Shown here: one piece after another, positions 1-14,389 of the stretch | Layout of the letters: the number at the start of each line of letters is the position of its first letter | Position numbering within the stretch: the stretch's first letter is position 1 | Assembly: GCA_964016885.1 (NCBI GenBank) | Contig: OZ024743.1 | Span: forward strand, 208,320,001 to 208,384,000 | Reading direction: 5' to 3' | Source: Eledone cirrhosa | Lineage: Eukaryota | Length of the DNA stretch: 64,000 bases | Translations under genes and position numbers: made by a program | The notes under the pieces: model-generated | Seen by the model: only the letters and a program-made list of their open reading frames with translations | Database searches by the model: none | Told to the model about the DNA's origin: nothing

Positions 1-2059
1 CGTCCTATATCCACACATGAAAGCTCTTCACTCCATAACATATACCACAGTTTACCATCCTATAGCCACACATGAAAACTCTTCACTCCATAAGATATAC
101 CACAGTTTACAATCCTATAGCCACGCATGAAAGCTCTTCACTCCATAACATATACCACAGTTTACCATCCTATAGCCACACATGAAAGCTCTTCACTCCA
201 TAAGATATACCACAGTTTACCATCCTATAGCCACACATGAAAGCTCTTCAATCCATAAGATATACCACAGTTTACCATCCTATAGCCACAGATGAAAGCT
301 CTTCACTCCATAAGATATACCACAGTTTACCATCCTATAGCTAGATGAAAGCTCTTCACTCCATAAGATATACCACAGTTTACCATCCTATAGCCACAGA
401 TGAAAGCTCTTCACTCCATAAGATATACCACAGTTTACCATCCTATAGCCACACATGAAAGCTCTTCACTCCATAAGATATACCACAGTTTACCATCCTA
501 TTGCCACAGATGAAAGCTCTTCAATCCATAAGATATACCACAGTTTACCATCCTATAGCCACACATGAAAGCTCTTCACTCCATAAGATATACCACAGTT
601 TACCATCCTATTGCCACAGATGAAAGCTCTTCACTCCATAAGATATACCACAGTTTACCATCCTATAGCCACACATGAAAGCTCTTCACTCCATAAGATA
701 TACCACAGTTTACCATCCTATAGCCACACATGAAAGCTCTTCAATCCATAAGATATACCACAGTTTACCATCCTATAGCCACAAATGAAAGCTCTTCACT
801 CCATAAGATATACCACAGTTTACCATCCTATAGCCACAGATGAAAGCTCTTCACTCCATAAGATATACCACAGTTTACCATCCTATAGCCACACATGAAA
901 GCTCTTCACTCCATAAGATATACCACAGTTTACCATCCTATAGCCACACATGAAAGCTCTTCACTCCATAAGATATACCACAGTTTACCATCCTATAGCC
1001 ACACATGAAAGCTCTTCACTCCATAAGATATACCACAGTTTACCATCCTATAGCCACACATGAAAGCTCTTCACTCCATAAGATATACCACAGTTTACCA
1101 TCCTATAGCCACAAATGAAAGCTCTTCACTCCATAAGATATACCACAGTTTACCATCCTATATGAAAACATGAAAGCTCTTCACTCCATAAGATATACCA
1201 CAGTTTACCATCCTATGGCCACAGATGAAAACTCTTCACTCCATAAGATATACCAAAGTTTACCACCCTATGGCCACAGATGAAAGCTCTTCACTCCATG
1301 ACATATACCACAGTTTACCATCATATAGCCACACATGAAAGCTCTTCACTCCATAAGATATACCACAGTTTACCATCCTATAGCCACAGATGAAGGCTCT
1401 TCACTCCATAAGATATACCACAGTTTACCATCCTATAGGCACAGATGAAAGCTCTTCACTCCATAAGATATACCACAGTTTACCATCCTATAGCCACACA
1501 TGAAAGCTCTTCACTCTATAAGATATACCACAGTTTACCATCCTATAGGCACACATGAAAGCTCTTCACTCCATAAGATATACCACAGTTTACCATCCTA
1601 TAGCAAAACATGAAAGCTCTTCACTCCATAAGATATACCACAGTTTACCATCCTATGGCCACAGATGAAAGCTCTTCACTCCATAAGATATACCACAGTT
1701 TACCACCCTATGGCCACAGATGAAAGCTCTTCACTCCATAAGATATACCACAGTTTACCATCCTATAGCCACGCCACGGATGAAAGCTCTTCACTCCATA
1801 AGATATACCACAGTTTACCATCCTATAGCCACACATGAAAGCTCTTCACTCCATAAGATATACCACAGTTTACCATCCTATAGCCACACATGAAAGCTCT
1901 TCACTCCATAAGATATACCACAGTTTACCATCCTATAGCCACACATGAAAGCTCTTCACTCCATAAGATATACCACAGTTTACCATCCTATTGCCACAGA
2001 TGAAAGCTCTTCACTCCATAAGATATAGCACAGTTTACCGTCCTATAGCCACACATGAA

Positions 2060-4900
2060 AGCTCTTTACTCCATAAGATATACCACATTTTACAATCCTA
2101 TAGCCACACATGAAAGTTCTTCACTCCATAACATATACCACAGTTTACCATCCTATAGCCACACATGAAAGCTCTTCACTCCATAACATATACCACAGTT
2201 TACCATCCTATAGCCACACATGAAAGCTCTTCACTCCATAAGATATACCACAGTTTACCATCCTATAGCCACACATGAAAGCTCTTCACTCCATAAGATA
2301 TACCACAGTTTACCATCCTATAGCCACACATGAAAGCTCTTCACTCCATAAGATATACCACAGTTTACCATCCTATAGCCACAGATGAAAGCTCTTCACT
2401 CCATAAGATATACCACAGTTTACCATCCTATAGCCACACATGAAAGCTCTTCATTCCATAGGATATACCACAGTTTTCCATCCTATAGCCACACATGAAA
2501 GCTCTTCACTCCATAAGATATACCACAGTTTACCATCCTATAGCCAGATGAAAGCTCATCACTCCATAATATATACCACAGTTTACCATCCTATAGGAAA
2601 ACATGAATGAAAACTCTTCACTCCATAAGATATACCACAGTTTACCATCCTATGGCCACAGATGAAAGCTCTTCACTCCATAAGATATACCAAAGTTTAC
2701 CACCCTTTGGCCACAGATGAAAGCACTTCACTCCATAACATATACCACAGTTTACCATCATATAGACACACATGAAAGCTCTTCACTCCATAAGATATAC
2801 CACAGTTTACCATCCTATAGCCACAGATGAAAGCTCTTCACTCCATAAGATATACCACAGTTTACCATCCTATAGGCACACATGAAAGCTCTTCACTCCA
2901 TAAGATATACCACAGTTTACCAACCTATAGCCACACATGAAAGCTCTTCACTCTATAAGATATACCACAGTTTACCATCCTATAGCCACACATGAAAGCT
3001 CTTCACTCCATAAGATATACCACAGTTTACCATCCTATAGCCACGCCACAGATGAAAGCTCTTCACTCCATAATATATACCACAGTTTACCATCCTATAG
3101 ACACACACGAAAGCTCTTCACTCCATAAGATATACCACAGTTTACCATCCTATAGCAAAACATGAAAGCTCTTCACTCCATAAGATATACCATAGTTTAC
3201 CATCCTATGGCCACAGATGAAAGCTCTTCGCTCCATAAGATATACCACAGTTTACCACCCTATGGCCACAGATGAAAGCTCTTCACTCCATAAGATATAC
3301 CACAGTTTACCATCCTATAGCCACGCCACGGATGAAAGCTCTTCAATCCATAAGATATACCACAGTTTACAATCCTATAGCCACACATGAAAGCTCTTCA
3401 CTCCATAAGATATACCACAGTTTACCATCCTATTGCCACAGGTGAAAGCTCTTCACTCCATAAGATATACCACAGTTTACCGTCCTATATCCACACATGA
3501 AAGCTCTTCACTCCATAACATATACCACAGTTTACCATCCTATAGCCACACATGAAAGCTCTTTACTCCATAAGATATACCACATTTTACAATCCTATAG
3601 CCACACATGAAAGTTCTTCACTCCATAACATATACCACAGTTTACCATCCTATAGCCACACATGAAAGCTCTTCACTCCATAACATATACCACAGTTTAC
3701 CATCCTATAGCCACACATGAAAGCTCTTCACTCCATAAGATATACCACAGTTTACCATCCTATAGCCACAGATGAAAGCTCTTCACTCCATAAGATATAC
3801 CACAGTTTACCATCCTATAGCCACACATGAAAGCTCTTCATTCCATAGGATATACCACAGTTTACCATCCTATAGCCACACATGAAAGCTCTTCACTCCA
3901 TAAGATATACCACAGTTTACCATCCTATAGCAAGATGAAAGCTCATCACTCCATAAGATATACCACAGTTTACCATCCTATAGGAAAACATGAATGAAAA
4001 CTCTTCACTCCATAAGATATACCACAGTTTACCATCCTATGGCCACAGATGAAAGCTCTTCACTCCATAAGATATACCAAAGTTTACCACCCTTTGGCCA
4101 CAGATGAAAGCACTTCACTCCATAACATATACCACAGTTTACCATCATATAGACACACATGAAAGCTCTTCACTCCATAAGATATACCACAGTTTACCAT
4201 CCTATAGCCACAGATGAAAGCTCTTCACTCCATAAGATATACCACAGTTTACCATCCTATAGGCACACATGAAAGCTCTTCACTCCATAAGATATACCAC
4301 AGTTTACCATCCTATAGCCACACATGAAAGCTCTTCACTCTATAAGATATACCACAGTTTACCATCTTATAGCCACACATGAAAGCTCTTCACTCCATAA
4401 GATATACCACAGTTTACCATCCTATAGCCACGCCACAGATGAAAGCTCTTCACTCCATAATATATACCACAGTTTACCATCCTTTAGACACACACGAAAG
4501 CTCTTCACTCCATAAGATATACCACAGTTTACCATCCTATAGCAAAACATGAAAGCTCTTCACTCCATAAGATATACCATAGTTTACCATCCTATGGCCA
4601 CAGATGAAAGCTCTTCGCTCCATAAGATATACCACAGTTTATCACCCTATGGCCACAGATGAAAGCTCTTCACTCCATAAGATATACCACAGTTTACCAT
4701 CCTATAGCCACGCCATGGATGAAAGCTCTTCAATCCATAAGATATACCACAGTTTACCATCCTATAGCCACACATGAAAGCTCTTCACTCCATAAGATAT
4801 ACCACAGTTTACCATCCTATTGCCACAGATGAAAGCTCTTCACTCCATAAGATATACCACAGTTTACCGTCCTATATCCACACATGAAAGCTCTTCACTC
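2060..4900 (+). repeat. Local tandem duplication of ~25 monomers (offset 1,387 bp over most of its length)
   Basis: Rare markers recur 1,387 bp apart: cattccatagg (2452/3839), catgaatgaaaac (2602/3989), cgtcctatat (3481/4868). The ORF pair 2937/4324 has the same offset. Confidence 0.88.
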
Positions 4901-7900
4901 CATAACATATACCACAGTTTACCATCCTATAGCCACACATGAAAACTCTTCACTCCATAAGATATACCACAGTTTACAATCCTATAGCCACGCATGAAAG
5001 CTCTTCACTCCATAACATATACCACAGTTTACCATCCTATAGCCACACATGAAAGCTCTTCACTCCATAAGATATACCACAGTTTACCATCCTATAGCCA
5101 CACATGAAAGCTCTTCACTCCATAAGATATACCACAGTTTACCATCCTATATCCACAGATGAAAGCTCTTCACTCCATAAGATATACCACAGTTTACCAT
5201 CCTATAGCTAGATGAAAGCTCTTCACTCCATAAGATATACCACAGTTTACCATCCTATAGCCACAGATGAAAGCTCTTCACTCCATAAGATATACCACAG
5301 TTTACCATCCTATAGCCACACATGAAAGCTCTTCACTCCATAAGATATACCACAGTTTACCATCCTATAGCCACACATGAAAGCTCTTCACTCCATAAGA
5401 TATACCACAGTTTACCATCCTATAGCCACACATGAAAGCTCTTCACTCCATAAGATATAACACAGTTTACCATTCTATGGCCACAGATGAAAGCTCTTCA
5501 CTTCATAAGATATACCAGAGTTTACCATCCTATAGCCACAGATGAAAGCTCTTCGCTCCATAAGATATAACACAGTTTACCATCCTATAGACACAGATGA
5601 AAGCTCTTCACCCCATAAGATATACTACAGTTTACCATCCTATAGCAAAAGATGAAAGCTCTTCACTCCATAAGAAATACGACAGTTTACCATCCTATAG
5701 CCACAGATGAAAGCTCTTCACTCCATAAGATATACCACAGTTTACCATCCTATAGCCAGATGAAAGCTCTTCACTCCATAAGATATACCAAAGTTTACCA
5801 TCCCATAGCCACACATGAAAGCTCTTCACTCCATAAGATATACCACAGTTTAACATCCTATGGCCACAGATGAAAGCTCTTCACTCCATAAGATATACCA
5901 CAGTTTACCATCCTATAGCCACACATGAAAGCTCTTCACTCCATAAGATATACCACAGTTTACCATCCTATAGCCACAGATGAAAGCTCTTCACTCCATA
6001 AGATATAACACAGTTTACCATCCTATAGCCACTAATGAAAGCTCTTCACCCCATAAGATATACCACAGTTTACCATCCTATAGCCACAGATGAAAGCTCT
6101 TCAATCCATAAGATATACCACAGTTTAGTATCCTATTGCCACAGATGAAAGCTCTTAACTTCATAAGATATACCACAGTTTACCATCCTATGGCCACCGA
6201 TGAAACCTCTTCACTCCATAAGATATACCACAGTTTACTATCCTATGGCCACACATGAAAGCTCTTCACTCCATAAGATATACCACAGTTTACCATCCTA
6301 TAGCCACAGATGAAAGCTCTTCATTCCATAAGATATACCACAGTTTACAATCCTATAGCCACACATGAAAGCTGTTCACTCCATAACATATACCACAGTT
6401 TACCATCCTATAGCCACACATGAAAGCTCTTCACTCCATAACATATACCACAGTTTACCATCCTATAGCCACACATGAAAGCTCTTCACTCCATAAGATA
6501 TACCACAGTTTACCATCCTATAGGAAAACATGAAAGCTCTTCACTCCATAAGATATACCACAGTTTACCATCCTATGGCCACAGATGAAAGCTCTTCACT
6601 CTATAAGATATACCAAAGTTTACCACCCTATGGCCACAGATGAAAGCTCTTCACTCCATAACATATACCACAGTTTACCATCCTATAGCCACACATGAAA
6701 GCTCTTCACTCCATAAGATATACCACAGTTTACCATTCTATAGCCACACATGAAAGCTCATAACTCCATAACATATACCACAGTTTACCATCCTATAGCC
6801 ACACATGAAAGCTCTTCACTCCATAAGATATACCACAGTTTACCATCCTATAGCCACACATGAAAGCTCTTCACTCCATAAGATATACCACAGTTTACCA
6901 TCCTATAGCCACAAATGAAAGCTCTTCACTCCATAAGATATACCACAGTTTACCATCCTATAGCCACAGATGAAAGCTCTTCACTCCATAAGATATACCA
7001 CAGTTTACCATCCTATAGCCACACATGAAAGCTCTTCACTCCATAAGATATACCACAGTTTACCATCCTATAGCCACACATGAAAGCTCTTCACTCCATA
7101 AGATATACCACAGTTTACCATCCTATAGCCACACATGAAAGCTCTTCACTCCATAAGATATAACACAGTCTACCATCCTATGGCCACAGATGAAAGCTCT
7201 TCACTCCATAAGATACACCACAGTTTACCATCCTATAGCCAGATGAAAGCTCTTCACTCCATAAGATATACCACAGTTTACCATGCTATAGCCACACATG
7301 AAAGCTCTTCACTCCATAAGATATACCACAGTTTACCATCCTATGGCCACAGATGAAAGCTCTTCACTCCATAAGATATACCACAGTTTACCATCCTATA
7401 GCCACAGATGAAAGCTCTTCACTCCATAAGATATACCACAGTTTACCATCCTATAGCCACAGATGAAAGCTCTTAGCTCCATAAGATATAACACAGTTTA
7501 CCATCCTATAGCCACAGATGAAAGCTCTTCACCCCATAAGATATACTACAGTTTACCATCCTATAGCAAAAGATGAAAGCTCTTCACTCCATAAGATATA
7601 CGACAGTTTGCCACCCTATAGCCACACATGAAAGCTCTTCACTCCATAAGATATACCACAGTTTACCATCCTATAGCCAGATGAAAGCTCTTCACTCCAT
7701 AAGATATACCACAGTTTACCATCCCATAGCCACACATTAAAGCTCTTCACTCCATAAGATATACCAGAGTTTAACATCCTATGGCCACAAATGAAAGCCC
7801 TTCACTCCATAAGATATACCACAGTTTACCATCCTATAGCCACAGATGAAAGCTCTTCACTCCATAAGATATACCACAGTTTACCATCCTATAGCCACAC

Positions 7901-9239
7901 ATGAAAGCTCTTCACTCCATAAGATATACCACAGTTTACCATCCTTTAGCCACAGATGAAAGCTCTTCACTCCAAAAGATATAACACAGTTTACCATCCT
8001 ATAGCCACTAATGAAAGCTCTTCACCCCATAAGATATACCACAGTTTACCATCCTATAGCCACAGATGAAAGCTGTTCAATCCATAAGATATACCACAGT
8101 TTACCATCCTATAGCCACAGATGAAATCTCTTAACTTCATAAGATATACCACAGTTTACCATCCTATGGCCACAGATGAAAGCTCTTCACTCCATAAGAT
8201 ATACCACAGTTTACCATCCTATGGCCACACATGAAAGCTCTTCACTCCATAAGATATACCACAGTTTACCATCCTATAGCCACACATGAAAGCTCTTCAC
8301 TCCATAAGATATACCACAGTTTACCATCCTATAGCCACACATGAAAGCTCTTCACTCCATAAGATATACCACAGTTTACCATCCTATAGCCACACATGAA
8401 AGCTCTTCACTCAATAAGATATACCACAGTTTACCATCCTATAGCCACGCCACGGATGAAAGCTCTTCACTCCATAAGATATACCACAGTTTACCATCCT
8501 ATAGCGACACATGAAAGCTCTTCACTCCATAAGATATACCACAGTTTACCATCATATAGCCACACATGAAAGCTCTTCACTCCATAAGATATACCACAGT
8601 TTACCATCCTATAGCCACAGATGAAAGCTCTTCACTCCATAAGATATACCACAGTTTACCATCCTATAGGCACTCATGAAAGCTCTTCACTCCATAAGAT
8701 ATACCACAGTTTACCATCCTATAGCCACACATGAAAGCTCTTCACTCTATAAGATATACCACAGTTTACCATCCTATAGCCACACATGAAAGCTCTTCAC
8801 TCCATAAGATATACCACAGTTTACTATCCTATAGCAAAACATGAAAGCTCTTCACTCCATCAGATATACCACAGTTTACCATCCTATGGCCACAGATGAA
8901 AGCTCTTCACTCCATAAGATATACCACAGTTTACCACCCTATGGCCATAGATGAAAGCTCTTCACTCCATAAGATATACCACAGTTTACCATCCTATAGC
9001 CACGCATGAAAGCTCTTCACTCCATAAGATATACCACAGTTTACCATCCTATAGCCACACATGAAAGCTCTTCACTCCATAAGATATACCACAGTTTACC
9101 ATCCTATAGCCACGCCACGGATGAAAGCTCTTCACTCCATAATATATACCACAGTTTACCATCCTATAGACACACACGAAAGCTCTTCACTCCATAAGAT
9201 ATACCACAGTTTACCATCCTATTGCCACAGATGAAAGCT

Positions 9240-11870
9240 CTTCACTCCATAAGATATACCGCAGTTTACCATCCTATAGCCACAGATGAAAGCTCTTCAC
9301 TCCATAAGATATACCACAGTTTACCGTCCTATAGCCACACATGAAAGCTCTTCACTCCATAACATATACCACAGTTTACCATCCTATAGCCACACATGAA
9401 AGCTCTTCACTCCATAAGATATACCACAGTTTACCATCCTATAGCCACACATGAAAGCTCTTCACTCCATAAGATATACCACAGTTTACCATCCTATAGC
9501 CACACATGAAAGCTCTTCACTACATAAGATATACCACAGTTTACCATCCTATAGCCACAGATGAAAGCTCGTGACTCCATAAGATATACCACAGTTTACC
9601 TTCGTATAGCCACACATGAAAGCTCTTCACTCCATAAGATATACCACAGTTTACCATCATATAGCCACACATGAAAGCTCTTCACTCCATAAGATATACC
9701 ACAGTTTACCATCCTATAGCCACACATGAAAGCTATTCACTCCATAAGATATACCACAGTTTACCATCCTATAGCCACACATGAAAGCTCTTCACTCCAT
9801 AAGATATACCACAGTTTACCATCCTATAGGAAAACACGAAAGCTCTTCACTCCATAAGATATACCACAGTTTACCATCCTATGGCCACAGATGAAAGCTC
9901 TTCACTCCATAAGATATACCAAAGTTTACCACCCTATGGCCACAGATGAAAGCTCTTCACTCCATAACATATACCACAGTTTACCATCATATAGCCACAC
10001 ATGAAAGCTCTTCACTCCATAAGATATACCACAGTTTACCATTCTATGGCCACAGATGAAAGCTCTTCACTCCATAAGATATACCACAGTTTACCATCCT
10101 ATAGCCACAGATGAAAGCTCTTCACTCCATAAGATATACCACAGTTTACCATCCTATAGCCACACATGAAAGCTCTTCACCCCATAAGATATACTACAGT
10201 TTACCATCCTATAGCAAAAGATGAAAGCTCTTCACTCCATAAGATATACGACAGTTTGCCATCCTATAGCCACAGATGAAAGCTCTTCACTCCATAAGAT
10301 ATACCACAGTTTACCATCCTATAGCCAGATGAAAGCTCTTCACTCCATAAGATATACCACAGTTTACCATCCCATAGCCACAGATTAAAGCTCTTCACTC
10401 CATAAGATATACCACAGTTTAACATCCTATGGCCACAGATGAAAGCCCTTCACTCCATAAGATATACCATAGTTTACCATCCTATAGCCACACATGAAAG
10501 CTCTTCACTCCATAAGATATACCACAGTTTACCATCCTATAGGCACTCATGAAAGCTCTTCACTCCATAAGATATACCACAGTTTACCATCCTATAGCCA
10601 CACATGAAAGTTCTTCACTCTATAAGATATACCACAGTTTACCATCCTATAGCCACACATGAAAGCTCTTCACTCCATAAGATATACCACAGTTTACCAT
10701 CCTATAGCCACAGATGAAAGCTCTTCACTCCAAAAGATATAACACAGTTTACCATCCTATAGCCACTAATGAAAGCTCTTCACCCCATAAGATATACCAC
10801 AGTTTACCATCCTATAGCCACAGATGAAAGCTCTTAACTTCATAAGATATACCACAGTTTACCATCCTATGGCCACACATGAAAGCTCTTCACTCCATAA
10901 GATATAGCACAGTTTACCATCCTATAGCCACACATGAAAGCTCTTCACTCCATAAGATATACCACAGTTTACCATCCTATAGCCACACATGAAAGTTCTT
11001 CACTCTATAAGATATACCACAGTTTACCATCCTATAGCCACACATGAAAGCTCTTCACTCCATAAGATATACCACAGTTTACCATCCTATTGCCACAGAT
11101 GAAAGCTCTTCACTCCATAAGATATACCACAGTTTACCATCTTATAGCCACAGATGAAAGCTCTTCACTCCATAAGATATACCACAGTTTACCGTCCTAT
11201 AGCCACACATGAAAGCTCTTCACTCCATAACATATACCACAGTTTACCATCCTATAGCCACACATGAAAGCTCTTCACTCCATAAGATATACCACAGTTT
11301 ACCATCCTATAGCCACACATGAAAGCTCTTCACTTCATAAGATATACCACAGTTTACCATCCTATAGCCACACATGAAAGCTCTTCACTCCATAAGATAT
11401 ACCACAGTTAACCATCCTATAGCCACAGATGAAAGCTCGTCACTCCATAAGATATACCACAGTTTACCTTCCTATAGCCACACATGAAAGCTCTTCACTC
11501 CATAAGATATACCACAGTTTACCATCATATAGCCACACATGAAAGCTCTTCACTCCATAAGATATACCACAGTTTACCATCCTATAGCCACACATGAAAG
11601 CTATTCACTCCATAAGATATACCACAGTTTACCATCCTATAGCCACACATGAAAGCTCTTCACTCCATAAGATATACCACAGTTTACCATCCTATAGGAA
11701 AACATGAAAGCTCTTCACTCCATAAGATATACCACAGTTTACCATCCTATGGCCACAGATGAAAGCTCTTCACTCCATAAGATATACCAAAGTTTACCAC
11801 CCTATGGCCACAGATGAAAGCTCTTCACTCCATAACATATACCACAGTTAACCATCATATAGCCACTCAT
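9240..11870 (+). repeat. Duplicated block of ~750 bp at offset 1,868 bp (34 monomers)
   Basis: ccgtcc is at 9324/11192 and gctattc at 9732/11600. The same ordered markers (ctcgt, accttc, tcata, ggaaaac, caaagtttaccacc) appear in both copies. Confidence 0.8.
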
Positions 11871-14389
11871 GAAAGCTCTTCACTCCATAAGATATACCAC
11901 AGTTTACCATCCTATAGCCACAGATGAAAGCTCTTCACTCCATAAGATATACCACAGTTTACCATCCTATAGCCACACATGAAAGCTCTTCACTCTATAA
12001 GATATACCACAGTTTACCATCCTATAGCCACACATGAAAGATCTTCACTCCATAAGATATACCACAGTTTACCATCCTATAGCAAAACATGAAAGCTCTT
12101 CACTCCATAAGATATACCACAGTTTACCATCCTATTGCCACAGATGAAAGCTCTTCACTCCATAAGATATAGCACAGTTTACCATCCTATAGCCACAGAT
12201 GAAAGCTCTTCACTCCATAAGATATACCACAGTTTACCGTCCTATAGCCACACATGAAAGCTCTTCACTCCATAACATATACCACAGTTTACCATCCTAT
12301 AGCCACACATGAAAGCTCTTCACTCCATAAGATATACCACATTTTACAATCCTATAGCCACATGAAAGCTCTTCACTCCATAACATATACCACAGTTTAC
12401 CATCCTATAGCCACACATGAAAGCTCTTCACTCCATAAGATATACCACAGTTTACCATCCTATAGCCACACATGAAAGCTCTTCACTCCATAAGATATAC
12501 CACAGTTTACCATCCTATAGCCACAGATGAAAGCTCTTCACTCCATAAGATATACCACAGTTTACCATCCTATAGCCACACATGAAAGCTCTTCACTCCA
12601 TAGGATATACCACAGTTTACCATCCTATAGCCACACATGAAAGCTCTTCACTCCATAAGATATACCACAATTTACCATCCTATAGCCAGATGAAAGCTCA
12701 TCACTCCATAAGATATACCACAGTTTACTATCCTATAGGAAAACATGAATGAAAACTCTTCACTCCATAAGATATACGACAGTTTACCATCCTATGGCCA
12801 CACATGAAAGCTCTTCACTCCATAAGATATACCACAGTTTACCATCCTATTGCCACAGATGAAAGCTCTTCATTCCATAAGATATACCACAGTTTACAAT
12901 CCTATAGCCACACATGAAAGCTCTTCACTCCATAACATATACCACAGTTTACCATCCTATAGCCACACATGAAAGCTCTTCGCTCCATAAGATATACCAC
13001 AGTTTACCATCCTATAGCCACACATGAAAGCTCTTCACTCCATAAGATATACCACAGTTTACCATCCTATAGCTACACATGAAAGCTCTTCACTCCATAA
13101 GATATACCACAGTTTACCATCCTATAGACACAGATGAAAGCTCTTCACTCCATAAGATATACCACAGTTTACCATCCTATAGCCACACATGAAAGCTCTT
13201 CACTCCATAAGATATACCACAGTTTACCATCCTATAGCCACACATGAAAGCTCTTCACTCCATAAGATATAACACAGTTTACCATCTTATAGCCACAGAT
13301 GAAAGCTCTTCACTCCATAAGATATACCACAGTTTACCATCCTATAGCCACACATGAAAGCTCTTCACTCCATAAGATATACCACAGTTTACCATCCTAT
13401 AGCCACACATGAAAGCTCTTCACTCCGTAAGATATACCACAGTTTAACATCCTATAGCCACAGATGAAAGCTCTTCACTCCATAAGATATACCACAGTTT
13501 ACCATCCTATAGCTAGATGAAAGCTCTTCACTCCATATGATATACCACAGTTTACCATCCTATAGCCACAGATGAAAGCTCTTCACTCCATAAGATATAC
13601 CACAGTTTACCATCCTATAGCCACACATGAAAGCTCTTCACTCCATAAGATATACCACAGTTTACCATCCTATAGCCACACATGAAAGCTCTTCACTCCA
13701 TAAGATATACCACAGTTTACCATCCTATAGCCACACATGAAAGCTCTTCACTCCATAAGATATACCACAGTTTACCATCCTATAGCCAAAGATGAAAGCT
13801 CGTCACTCCATAAGATATACCACAGTTTACCATCCTATAGCCACACATGAAAGCTCTTCACTCCATAAGATATACCACAGTTTACCACCATATAGCCACA
13901 CATGAAAGCTCTTCACTCCATAAGATATACCACAGTTTACCATCCTATAGCCACACATGAAAGCTATTCACTCCATAAGATATACCACAGTCTACCATCC
14001 TATAGCCACACATGAAAGCTCTTCACTCCATAAGATATAGCACAGTTTACCATCCTATAGCCACGCCACGGATGAAAGCTCTTCACTCCATAAGATATAC
14101 CACAGTTTACCATCCTATAGCCACACATGAAAGCTCTTCACTCCATAAGATATACCACAGTTTACAATCATATAGCCACACATGAAAGCTCTTCACTCCA
14201 TAAGATATACCACAGTTTACCATCCTATAGCCACACATGAAAGCTCTTCACTCCATAAGATATACCACAGTTTACCATCCTATAGGCACTCATGAAAGCT
14301 CTTCACTCCATAAGATATACCACAGTTTACCATCCTATAGCCACAGATGAAAGCTCTTCACTCCATAAGATATACCACAGTTTACCATC

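Noticed and set aside
182-236. CENP-B box, heat-shock element or canonical G-quadruplex in the monomer
   Set aside because: The TTCG....A..CGGG motif is absent. GAA and TTC are 5 nt apart rather than the 2 nt of nGAAnnTTCn. The minus strand has only GG runs, not GGG tracts.
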